Shown in pieces: positions 51,601-64,000 of a DNA stretch of 64,000 nucleotides. The position numbers and the translations under genes were made by a program. This DNA is from Tubulanus polymorphus (taxonomy: Eukaryota; Animalia; Nemertea), in the NCBI RefSeq assembly GCF_964204645.1, contig NC_134026.1, positions 30,414,150-30,478,149 of the forward strand. The letters are read 5' to 3'. The notes below the pieces were generated by a model. The model did not search any database, was not told the DNA's origin, and saw nothing but the letters and a program-made list of their open reading frames with translations. The first letter of the stretch is position 1. Each line of letters opens with the position of its first letter.

Positions 51601-53680
51601 CAAAAAAAAAAGACCAGAAAATTATGAATAAACGTCTAATCAGAGATGATGATGATGATGATGATGAAATTATCAGTTGTCACCATGGAAACAATGATCA
51701 TACCGGATGATAGCCCAGGTAAAGAAGTAACACATGAATGCCCGCTCGAGGCCCTAACGGTCCGCGGGCAATTTATGTATCATTCATCATATAACACCAA
51801 TACATAGGAAAAAACACACGAGAATCATGTATTACGATATTATTTAGTCTATAGATATTATTAACACACATATTTTTTCAAAAAAGATATGTTTAATTGC
51901 ATAACAGCAGTCAACATTAAATCCATTTTCATGATGACAATTTGAGAATTTCAGTAGAAATAACGTTTCGTTTATTTTAAAAACATTTTTATCTAAACTA
52001 CCGGTATAGCTAACTGCGAGTTTGAATCTCTCTGCTGGAGTAGTCATACTGTTAACAATCTCTACTCCGAGAAGATTGGATCCGACTACAAGCCACAGTT
52101 GCGCAGTTATGACTCGTGTACAAAAGATGTGGTCTTAAATCCTAAGACTGGAATTAAGTTGTCAGATTGGTAATAGAACTGAGACTGGTCTTACATAGAA
52201 GCCTCAACCGCGCAACTGGTCCTAAGTTTGAGTTCGATATGTTGACGAGTTAATTGTGGAATCAAAAGGATGAAATCCACCTTCGGGTTAATTGTGGAAT
52301 CAAGGGGATGAAATCCACCTTCGGACACAAACCCTGAATATTACAATGTTTGTAAAATGAATCCGTGAAGTCGGATAAACAGGGACAGACGTGAACCATG
52401 GCGACAGATTTCATTCCATTCCAAACCTTTAAGTCGGAATTATTTTTCCTTTCACGGATAATGAACCACATTTCTAATCGATGATCGATTTGATTTTCGC
52501 TCAAACGATGAAACATTTTGATTGAAAACAACACGTAAACCATACACGTGTACAGCAGACAGTGTGGAGTTCCAAAACTGAGAAAATCTCATAATTACAA
52601 ACATTTAGTCTACATCAGCAGCTGTGACACATAACCGAAATAGGGTCGACATTATTCTGGGAAAAAACTGGCAAAATGGAAAAAACAAATCAAAACAGCT
52701 ATTCTTTTAAACACACTGATGATGAATCGCATTTGGTGAAGTGAGTTTTTGAATCATAGAAAAGCCACTTTTTGAAAGTAAAACGACTGTAAGTGCACTT
52801 AATCACTTACTGAGTTCTTTCTATTAAGAAATAGCCAAGAATAAACCCCACTTCTTTCACGGTGAAGTAACTGTAAGTGCACTTAATCACTTACCGGACT
52901 ATTGTAAACGCTATCTCGATAATTCATAACCGTTAATTTTGTAACATGATGGAAAAATAAATAAATAAAAACTCTCTTTCAGATCATTATTTCAAAGATA
53001 AACCTTGAGGAGTCATTCATGAAGTACAGACGAATCTATGGTGAAGGCTTAAACATTGACAGCTTACGTAATGTTTACAACTGAACTGAACTCGGATGAA
53101 AATAGTCATATTCTTTGTACGTACTTTATGAACAACCCCTAAACCACTTCTTAGCACATCAGCATTACATACACCATCCATTCTCTGCAGGGATTCGAAC
53201 CTGATGATGACATTAAGTGCGCAGGTACTTGCCCTTACCGATGATGTCATTAGCCAATCAAAAATCATGTTTTATTTAGCGACACACCAGCGCATGTATC
53301 CGTGCACCGGCGCTAATCAGGTGGTGTTTCGTACCGAGGCAGGTTCGAACCCTTGTGGAGGGAGGATGTGCAAAACGCTAACAATCTTTAAATATCTTAA
53401 TGTTTTTTTGCGACGAAAAATAACAAATTAAAACCTCAAAAACAACGAATAGAAATTCTTCACAGCTGTTGTGATCAGATTCTAAACGTAAATTTCTATG
53501 ATTTATTTAATGGACACTGATGACCACGTGACATCAATATTTCATAACTATTAAGTGTTTATTTCGGACAAGCATCATTATCATCAATTACCATGGAAAC
53601 CGCCTGAATAAATGACCAGCAGCGAGAAACGAACAACAGAATGAGAGAGAGACAATTCAATCTGTGGTTTATGTTGGGGA

Positions 53681-53902
53681 TTCTCTCTGCGGTCGTTTCC
53701 AGTAACCTCTCCCCATTCTCTGTGCGGTCGTTTCCAGTAACCTCTCCCCATTCTCTGTGCGGTCGTTTCCAGTAACCTCTCCCCATTCTCTGTGCGGTCA
53801 TTTCCAGTAACCTCTCCCCATTCTCTGTGCGGTCATTTCCAGTAACCTCTCCCCATTCTCTGTGTGGCCGCCTCCAGTAACCTCTCCCCATTCTCTCTGC
53901 GG
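53681..53902. repeat. 35-bp minisatellite (TTCTCTGTGCGGTCGTTTCCAGTAACCTCTCCCCA)n, about 6 copies
   Basis: Direct tandem repeats just downstream of the neurocalcin stop; explains the periodic ORF 53559-53891. Confidence 0.92.
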
Positions 53903-54233
53903 CTGTCTACCTGATTAAACAGGTCCTGAACAAGAGATTTCAGTAATGAGAGAGGATGGAGGGAGAGGGAGAGAGGATGGAGGGAGAGGGAGAGAGGATG
54001 GAGAGGGAGAGGAGAGAGAGAGCTCTGATTGAGATGAACAATATAGATTCGCATATTGATCGAATATCCATTACAAGTGTGCTGCTGAGAGAATCACATT
54101 CGATGTCAACACGAAGCTAAAATTCATCCCTCAAACATTCTCAACAATGAATGGGAAGAGGTTACGCGTCGCCGTAGTTACATCAATAGACGTGTGTCGG
54201 TAGTTGTTATGACGACGATGGTTATGAATGTTA

Positions 54234-56053
54234 CTATTGAGAATTCGGATCGCATTGTAGTAAACGAACGATCGATGGATCACTTTTCGCCCCTTCGATG
54301 AATTCGGCGAGCGATAATTTGCCGTCGAGATTTTTGTCCATTTGACGGAAAATTTTATCGGTTCTCTTCTCGGGTGTGGACTCATCTTCGGGCATTTTCA
54401 TTACGGTGCCTACCATTTTATATATAGCCTAGAAAAAACAAAACGGTGAAAATGAGTGACATTAATCGGATAAAACCAACCCCTATATCTACCACTGACC
54501 AATGGAACCCAGGGCTGGGTTTCATAGATATGGAAGAAAGATAGTCCCTGGGAACATTTTGAAATTTGTCAGTTATAACCATGGTTTCTCATTGTTACTA
54601 CGGTGGTTGTCACCCGGATTGAGGATTTTACCCCTAGGGATAACTTTGATACTAGGTCTATGAAACCGGGACAAGGCATCTGCAGCAACAGTAACTGCGT
54701 ACATGTACAAGTCAGTTACAGCTTGGAGTTACTAGACTGCATGCATCCTCCATTCAGTCTGATTACTCCAAGGTCGCAGCGGCTAAGAGTTGGTACAGCA
54801 CAACACTAAAAGATCCAGTTCCACAGTTGAGGGTTAGAGTGGACAGATGAGAGTAATCTCCCTGGTCAGAGTTAACTCTGAAATCAGCATCCGGTTCCAC
54901 AGTTGTGAGAGTTTGAGTTAACTCTGAACTCAGGATCCAGTTCCACAGTTGCTAGGTGGAGTTAACTCCTAACTCAGGATCCAGTTCCACGGTTGCTAAG
55001 TAGAGTTAACTCTGAACACAGGATCCAGTTCTACAGTTGTGAACCTTGTCCTGGATCCAGTAGTTTAGAGGTTTTCAAACCCTGCTCGGGGAATATATTT
55101 TTCTCATTTGATTTTTGTGCGCCCTCTGTAGCGTTCTCCACGGGCGGTGGAACCGGTCTCCACGGATACAGGTTATCCACGTTCCTGAATTCCCGCACCC
55201 GCATAGTCTCCTCAGGCACGGGATATCACGACACTCCGAAACACTCCTACTGAATTCACAGCAAATGAAGTTTTGAAAGAATGAAGTTCTGGGTTTAAAA
55301 AACACCCGTGGTTTCTACCGGTGTTTCATTAGTAATCTATTAATTACACGTGAAGGCGCTGATCAAGTTTAATCGCAGCCGATTTATTGAATACGACAAG
55401 CCGAACACGGCGAGGTCTTACCACGGCAACAGTGAAATCATCTCAGACAAGCTCAACACCTTTATATTTAATTCTATTAATGAACAGGTGATATTCTAAT
55501 GTACAGCGAGCGACTCGTGGCTGCAACTCGTAGAATAACTGGTATCAAATTCAAAAATTTGTTTAGGCTTAAGGGAAAAATATCGATCGCCACGAACACC
55601 ACACCCTGTATTATATACATACAATATACACGGAATGAAAACATTAAACAACAACACAACATCCAAACGACTTACTCTAACTATTTCCAACATTTCTGTT
55701 CTGGAAATATAACCGTTTCCGTCGAGATCGTACATATTAAACGCCCATTTTAACTTCGCTTCTAGGTCTCCTCGTGATGTAACGCTTAACGCACAAATAA
55801 ACTCCCTGAAGTCAATCGAACCGTCACTGTTCGTATCGAACGTACGGAACACGTGCTCCGCGAATTTTGAAGCGTCCCCGTACGGGAAAAAGTTGCCGTA
55901 AATTTTCTTAAATTCTTCCACAGTTAAATTACCGGACGGGCAATCTTTTAGAAAACCTTTATACCAATCTTGTATTTCCTCCTCGGTAAACTCGGTATTC
56001 TGACGCAGGTCGTTCAGTACTTCAGGCTTTAGTTTACTATTCAATTTACCCAT
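54234..56053 (-). CDS. Neurocalcin/hippocalcin-like neuronal calcium sensor, 2 coding exons (56053-55676, 54428-54234)
   Basis: MGKLNSKL N-myristoylation motif, [14 protein letters not shown]-hands [36 protein letters not shown]; tail [19 protein letters not shown]...[13 protein letters not shown]; 5'UTR splice acceptor at ~56105. Confidence 0.96.
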
Positions 56054-56584
56054 ATCTGCACTTTTTATATATATATATATATATATATTAAACTACTGTT
56101 CCATCTGAAATGAGAAAAGACCATTAACTATAACAAACAGTTGACAAAATACATTTCACTTGATTAGTTTGTCCCTTACAAACCGAGCACATCCACGTGT
56201 GATCCTAAAAATAGTGAATAGAGAGTTTTGTATTTATATAACGGAATGACAGGTGACTAACATCACATCATACTGTTAATGTGTATATCATAGTTTACCA
56301 GTGATTCAACTATCAGCTATCAATTACTTATCACACAATAACAGATAATCATTAACAAGATTCAAACGTGTTCATATCATAAAAATCATTCGACAGGAGA
56401 CGAAGAGTAGGGAGAGCAGTGAGAGGGAGAGCAGGGAGAGGTGAGAGGGAGAGCAGGGAGAGGTGAGAGGGAGAGCAGGGAGAGGTGATACCAGACACTC
56501 ACAGGTGGGGGGGGAGAATTAGTAAAACTGACACGCAACCATCATATAGATGTTTGTATCATTTATCGATGATATGATAATTTG

Positions 56585-57490
56585 ATGCACACACTCTACA
56601 CACACGACTCCAGATGCGCACACTCTACACACACGACTCCAGATGCGCACACTCTTCACACATGACTCCAGATGCGCAGACTCTACACACACGACTCCAG
56701 ATGCGCACACTCTTCACACACGACTCCAGATGCGCAGACTCTACACACATGACTCCAGATGCGCAGACTCTTTACGCATGACTCCAGATGCGCAGACTCT
56801 ACACACATGACTCCAGATGCGCAGACTCTATACGCATGACTCCAGATGCGCAGACTCTACACACATGACTCCAGATGCACAGACTCTACACACATGACTC
56901 CAGATGCGCAGACTCTATACGCATGACTCCAGATGCACACACTCTGAACACATGACTCCACATGCACAGACTCTACACGCATGACTCCAGATGCGCAGAC
57001 TCTGAACACATGACTCCAGATGCGCAGACTCTACACGCATGACTCCAGATGCGCAGACTCTGAACACATGACTCCAGATGCGCAGACTCTACACGCATGA
57101 CTCCAGATGCACAGACTCTGAACACATGACTCCAGATGCGCAGACTCTACACGCATGACTCCAGATGCGCAGACTCTGAACACATGACTCCAGATGCGCA
57201 GACTCTACACGCATGACTCCAGATGCGCAGACTCTGAACACTCACATGACTCCAGATGCGCAGACTCTACACGCATGACTACAGATGCGCAGACTCTGAA
57301 CACTCACATGACTCCAGATGCGCAGACTCTACACGCATGACTCCAGATGCACAGACTCTGAACACATGACTCCAGATGCGCAGACTCTACACGCATGACT
57401 CCAGATGCGCAGACTCTGAACACATGACTCCAGATGCGCAGACTCTACACACATGACTACAGATGCGCAGACTCTGAACACTCACATGCA
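56585..57490. repeat. ~29-bp minisatellite (GACTCCAGATGCGCAGACTCTACACACAT)n, about 30 copies
   Basis: Head-to-tail tandem array with alternating TACACGCAT/TGAACACAT variants. Confidence 0.95.
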
Positions 57491-60144
57491 CCGCGATTAC
57501 ATCACGTTTTTAACATTTGTGAACATACAATTCATTAGGAGGTCTCTTTACCGAAGAAAATTAAAACCTAATTTATTGTTTGATGTCGCGACGATGTTGA
57601 ATGAGGCAGCAGCAGCAGCAGTCTTAATGAATGTCATTAACACTGGTGCCAATAGATCGGTTGAATTACTGGTTTTATTGTAAGCCACTCGTCAGACTAG
57701 CGGGTACAGGGGGTTGGACTAGTGGGTACAGGGGGTTGGACTAGTGGGTACAACAGGTCGGACTAGAAGTTTGAATAATGTTTCATGGATGTCATTTATT
57801 GTAGTTTAAAGTAAATAATCTCTGATGGATTGGAGTCGATTTAGATAAATCAATCTCTCAATCCAATCCAATGCACATTTTATTTATATACCCAGTCTAA
57901 CGCAATAAGCAATAAACCCGATTGTTTAGAACGGAATCCCCAGTTTGGGGTTTACACCCGAGGGACCACGGGTTAAATAAATTCAAATAGCTCGATTAAA
58001 ATAGTAGTATATTCCGTAACAGCTTGTTTGACGTTACAATAATGATTATTAACAAATGAATATTTCGCACTGACCCTAAAAATAATACAACTGAGGTTTC
58101 AAAGCATTACACAATCATATCAAACATGTATATATAGTTGAGGGGGAGCTGGATGAGGGGGAGCTGGATGAGGGGAGCTGGATGAGGGGGAGATGTAGCA
58201 ATACAGTGACCCCCGTAATTATACCAGCCATCTATCAACGTGCTGGATATTTCCGCTGACGTGTGAAAAATAAATAAAGATGCTGGTGACCAGCCAGATA
58301 TTAGTCACAACACGATCACACGAGTGACTGGTCGAGTGACTGGTCGGGACCAGATTGTAATTTGGCCCGTGCTTGAATCAGAGAGAGTGCATTCACACGT
58401 AAATCACTCACTCATTCACAAAATGATGCTGTGGCGAGTGAGGTAAATCATTTGCAGAACCAGTCGTCATTTACATGCAATAATCTGGCACAGCTGGGTT
58501 TTAACTTTTTTTTGTGAGGCCAGATTCGACTTTTTTGGTGGGGCTCAATTTGTCCGATGACAAACAGGCTATTTGATACCAGTGTTAATGCCCGCCTAAT
58601 CTGACACGGGTAAAAAATACTAATGTGATCGCAGTTAATGAAAGTATATGTTTTAGACTTGCAGTTTGCCGAGACAGGTTGAGACGGGTATGTGCGTGCG
58701 TCTTAGCCGACACGCATTGATTTTCAACAACACGGCTTAAGAATGTTCTAAAGATCCGATTATCGCTGATAAAATGTCGACTAGACAGCGCTGACAGAAC
58801 ACTACAGAATCATTCACGTATAACAACAAGAATATTGACATCGCGAAAATAAGTCGGACTTCGCTTTGAAGTTCAACAGCCCCGAACGAGATCATGTCAA
58901 ATGATTGATATAACGTTCATTATAAAAGAACGCGGCGTTTAAAACGTATTTTAAATCGCGAAAACGTATGAAAATTTCAATGAAAGGAATACAGACTGTA
59001 GACACTGTGTGTGTGTATAATACTTTGTGCGATGAGTTCTCTAAGATTAGCTACAATCATTAAACACTAGACAAGCGATGCACTGACAAACCTGCTTACC
59101 TCTTACCCCGCACCTCTTACCGCTGTTTTATGTGTGTTTATTACTTATTAATAACAACATCGCACACAAATTACAGATCATCAACCGATCTATTCTGAAC
59201 TGAGTTTTATCTCTCACCGAAATCATGAATCACGAGGTAAGAATTGTGAGTAAACTACAGTCTCAAACTCGGTTAAACTCATCAACGCAAAAGTCGTCAC
59301 AATTTACTCAAGTTGTCTCCATTTTGAAATCTAATTTGTATTTTCAATTCAATCTATTACGTATAAGCCATTAGTAAATACAAGTCATCACATATTTTTC
59401 ATACTTTTGAGTCCCAATTAGTATTTGCAATTCAATCTACTTAATGTAAGTCATGATCTGAATAAGTCATGAACGTAATGATCGTCCCAGCAGCGCCACC
59501 TATAACTGTATTAGCACGTACCAGGTACCGGTATAGTTCACTGACAGTTTGTTGTCACACATGTTACGTCGTATTTACATTATAAATTGTCTCACGTGAA
59601 AGATATGTGAAAATATGCGGAAATATTGATCACTAACTGAAACTAAATATAAAACGCATAATAAATAATTCAAAACTAAAATAGCTGGGAAAAACTTGAG
59701 AGCAGAATGAATAAGAGAAGTAGTTTACCGAGGGCTGCATGAACCACCGTGTTAGCAGCAGATAGTATTTCACCCGATAGATTGAAGAGGGTAGATTTTG
59801 TATCCCTGATAAGTTGAGTAGCAGAGACTCAATGTAGAAATGAATGGATACCCTGTGTATGTCTCCTGTCCATGTAGTCATATTTGGTTCATATAAGAAT
59901 CTTTATACAGCATGGCCCTTTTTTAATGATATATAATTCTTGCTGTAGAGTCATTCATTACTGATATGTGGAATTGGGTCCATTACTCTTAGAATTTGAC
60001 CGTTATTACAACAAATACACCCTGGATTGGTCACTCAGGTATCCAGTCAATTCTAAATTGGTCCGTTCCAGGTCCTAGCCAAATAAAAATGGACTAACTA
60101 GCAACAGTCTGAAGGTGGTAAATGTGAAGTGAACTGTCATACCA

Positions 60145-60267
60145 GTGTCAGTGGTGTGTCAGTGAAGTGAGTGTCAGTGAAGTAAGTGTCAGTGATGCGA
60201 GTGTCAGTGATGCGAGTGTCAGTGATGCGAGTGTCAGTAATGCGAGTGTCTGTGAGTGTCAGTGATG
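60145..60267. repeat. 15-bp minisatellite (GTGTCAGTGATGCGA)n
   Basis: Direct tandem repeats visible. Confidence 0.85.
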
Positions 60268-60685
60268 AATGTATCAATGTTTTCTATATTCAATAGAGCG
60301 AGTAATGGATATAATTTCATCACTGATTAAACCACGATTTACAATCCCTTTAACAAATAACGCGATCGTCGTAGAATTGAATTGTGCGAGTATCGATCAA
60401 TCTGTCCGAGTCTCTTCGTTCTGTGCCAGTCGCAATCATTTCATTTCTTCCTCTAATCCTATTGATACAACGTATAAAACATTTCCCCACGGGATGCCAC
60501 TCACTCTGCTCCCCTCTACCCCCCCCAGCTGGAGATCACTCTGCTCCCCATGCGGGAGACCACTCAAACTCACTCTGCTAATAGGGATATTGATTTAACT
60601 CGTGACACTTATTTTAAAAAAGATTCCAGACACAAATCTCTGTATGACGTATATTTGTCAATACTAATTGATTAATGACATTTCG

Positions 60686-60813
60686 GCGAACTAAATCGGC
60701 ACTTATCAACGACCAAAACATTAACCCTCCCCCACCTAACTATAGCGAACTAAATCGGCACTTATCAACGACCAAAACATTAACCCTCCCCCACCTAACT
60801 ATAGCGAACTAAA
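60686..60813. repeat. ~59-bp exact tandem duplication
   Basis: GCGAACTAAATCGGCACTTATCAACGACCAAAACATTAACCCTCCCCCACCTAACTATA occurs twice, followed by a partial third start. Confidence 0.85.
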
Positions 60814-63800
60814 AAGGAACTAAACAACTAAAACATTAATGATGACCTTTTCGCTAGTGTGAACATTTGGTTTGATCTGTATGAACGCAGTGTAAACACA
60901 GCTATTGAACCTGGTGACCATTTATTCATTCAACTCACATATGAGAAGCTGATGATTTATCACTGATCCATGAGATGTGAAGCTAACTGAATTCAAACTC
61001 CTTTGAGTAAAATAATTACCTGAACTGAATATAGCGAAATCTTCAGAGAGATGAACTGGTATTACTGACAGGGAGAGCGAGTAATTACTGATTGACACTG
61101 CATACTTCATACAACGACATACAACTGACTGATAGCTACTTACAGCTAAACAGCTAACCAGCTTCTGACTGATAGCTATAAACAGCTAACCAGCTTCATT
61201 AAACATTTAAATTTCAGCATTAGAAGCTTCATGAGACTCATTATCGGTTCAATCGATATTGAGAATTAACATGTTAAGAATGCTTTGTGAAATGGCTGCG
61301 AGGAGACAAGTGTGCAGACAATGATCTGAGGGGCAGAGCTGATTCAACATCAACATCTACTGCCTTATCATCGCAAATATCATCATATTTGCTCTGAAGT
61401 CCTCTCTTTACTTGAGATCTTATTTGTATTTTCAATTCGATTTACTAAATATAAGTCATCATTTCCTTTCAAGTTTTTCACAAAAAGATTATCCTAACTA
61501 CGACAGTTTAAAGCAAGTTTAACTGTAGTGATTGTAATCAGGGAGGTGGACTGGCTGGTATCCCAACTTCCTCGTTTCAGAGTTGTGTTAAACTAGTCAC
61601 AATTTCAGATACAAACAAGTAACAAGTTTTTTTATCAAGGGGTCTGAAACTGATATTAAGAGATAGTTAAATAGTACCTGTTCTGATCAACCGAAGGTCA
61701 TTATAGCTGCTCAGACTGGGGCTCGGGCAGACGGACGGACGCTCGAGCGGATTGATGTCTATATCTGGGTGGAGTCAACTGTAACGATGTCACTTCATGC
61801 ACTGATACCAAAACACTGTAGTTCCTATGATTATGTGGTTACCAAGGCAACACGGATGCGAATTACAACGCGAGCTAACTGCGGACTTATGATGCTTATA
61901 AATATTATCTGTACCTGACTATAAGCGGTGACACGTCGAGGTGTGGCTTTTACTCAAATACTACCATCAAACTTTCATAACGGTTGCTTTCAAAGCTATC
62001 CGAATACGATATCCGATTAGAATCAATAGATTTTATTCATTTCTCAGTTTGTCAGGATATAAATATTCAACTACATTTATATTTACCATCATGAAATAGT
62101 AATGTAATATTCAGTACAGCGTACTGCGCACACAAGCTGTAACTATGACTAAAAAAGCCACAAGTGAATTATGTGCATTTATAGCTAGACAGCTATAACA
62201 CTACGCTTACTATATGTCCTCTCACATCACAGTCTCTTTGTTCGGAATTCTGAATCATATCTCATCATTTTGTTGTAACTCAAGTTTTTCTGAAGACGAC
62301 TCTTAGAATATCGAATAAAACATCAACTCGAGGAAACATTTCAGACTCTTTTTTTTTAAATTCTGATATCATAATGATTGTTGTTATTCTACATTATTAT
62401 TAACACTACTTTATACATAATACATTAATAATTCCAATAAGACTTGATTAAGTAAGATTACGATAGGAATGAATCCTATACGACAGTCACCCCTGAAATT
62501 ATCATTAGTCATAAACAGAAATTGGTCGTAGTATTAATATTTCTGAGTATCTATTTTCCCTCGAGGCCAATGAAGTTGACGAGTTTGAAAATATGAAATA
62601 TTCACCGGATCGATCGCAATCAGCTAAACATCACAGTCACCATTACATTACTGAAGTCTCTCTGTTTCAGTCCCGATTCAATTCACTAAGTGTAAGTCGT
62701 CATTTTGGGTTAAAGTCATCTGAATATAACGGTCGTCCCAGCTCTAGATGATTTCAATGGTGATTTTCACCGCTGATCGTGTTTCTGGTTTAGTCTGAGA
62801 CATCGCCATCAAATCAGCTCATTTTTCACGAGGAGAAAACAATTAAACATTTCCCGATTAACTGCATTCGCGGTGGAGACCATAGAAACAGAACAGTAGA
62901 GACAGCAAGGATTCATCAACTCTCTACACAACTCATCTAGTCTGAAACCTCGAAGAAAATTATCTTCCATCGCAAACGGCGAAATAACAAGAAAATTAAC
63001 TTGAAACTTGGAAAATGATAAATCACATAGCTCAATATTGTCGACCGACGGTAATGAAATTACTGGAAAAAATTAAAACTATTACGACAGCAGAATGCAA
63101 GCAGTGCATGGCTGGTGACACCGGTCTGACATTCAGATCTCACTGGATACATTTTGGTGTCAAGTATATATCAGCAATCTAATTAGATTTAATTGAGTAA
63201 CCGACAAATAGTCTAGCGAAACCCATTAATGATGATGTAGTGCACATCGACCGATACACTGCCCAAAAAAATGCCATGTAGTTAGCGATGTATAAAAACA
63301 TTTTTGTAACGGTTTTTATGGCATTAAAAAACATGTTGAACCTCATAAAAACAATGCTACAATATTCTAGATCAACCTCGTTGTGATAGCTGTGTCAGAT
63401 AACAGCAACGAAATGTCATTTCAAGTTTGGCGACACGACACTAAATCACTACTAAACTACATCCGTTCGTTCGAGGCATCGGTTGATATTGCTTTATGTC
63501 TCTCGCTCTCCTAACAGTCTGATAATATACGAGTTAATGTGAAATGGAAACATAACTCACCACGAGAAAGTAAATATCCTCAGGGTTTGTATACATGTAA
63601 CTGGTGGGTACACTGACCGCTGGAGGAGGACAGTAAGACTACATCTCACTGATTACAACAGTCGCTAATATCAATGGATCACCAGTACAGGGGGTCATCA
63701 TATAACATCTCCTCATCAGTAATTACTAACTATTAGATCAATACTGCGTTTGTATATACCTCACTCAGTCTCTTCTATAACATCAACACAGACCATATTA

Positions 63801-64000
63801 ACAAAATCTCTTAAGTGACCAAACAGATCAGACCTTGTATAGAATTATACACTGGCTGATTTCAGCTGCTGCTGCTGCTGCTGCTATCATATTCTGTGGC
63901 TATTTTTTTGAACTGCCTAATGTCCATTCGTGGTCTCAGTGAGCTTATCTATCATGGCAATCTCAACTAACCAATCAAATACAATCTTGGCATTTCCAGC

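Noticed and set aside
53559-54054. Periodic ORFs downstream of neurocalcin
   Set aside because: Derived from the 35-bp minisatellite and GA-rich repeats.
56585-57490. CRISPR-like array of ~29-bp repeats
   Set aside because: Units are head-to-tail with no unique spacers, there are no cas genes, and the context is eukaryotic; this is a minisatellite.

Overview
This is AT-rich, gene-dense eukaryotic DNA with short GT-AG introns, not prokaryotic; an invertebrate, probably a lophotrochozoan, is my inference. Nine spliced genes can be reconstructed by hand: FABP (+), mitochondrial Era GTPase ERAL1 (+), a PH+SH2 STAP-like adaptor (+), PLEKHJ1 (+), the m6A reader YTHDC1 (-), the histone demethylase KDM4 (+, head-to-head with YTHDC1), two-pore channel TPC1 (-), IQCD/DRC10 (+, head-to-head with TPC1 as in human) and a neurocalcin/hippocalcin-type calcium sensor (-). 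Introns carry several MITE families (a 288-bp piggyBac-type element x3, Tc1/mariner-type elements, a palindromic ~110-bp family), minisatellites and tRNA-derived SINE fragments. The most notable signal is the long YTHDC1 intron after the YTH domain. It has a sense-strand cluster of GGACU m6A motifs plus alternative donors that create premature stops, suggesting an m6A-sensing autoregulatory poison-splicing circuit. Exon boundaries were read by eye and need RNA-seq confirmation.
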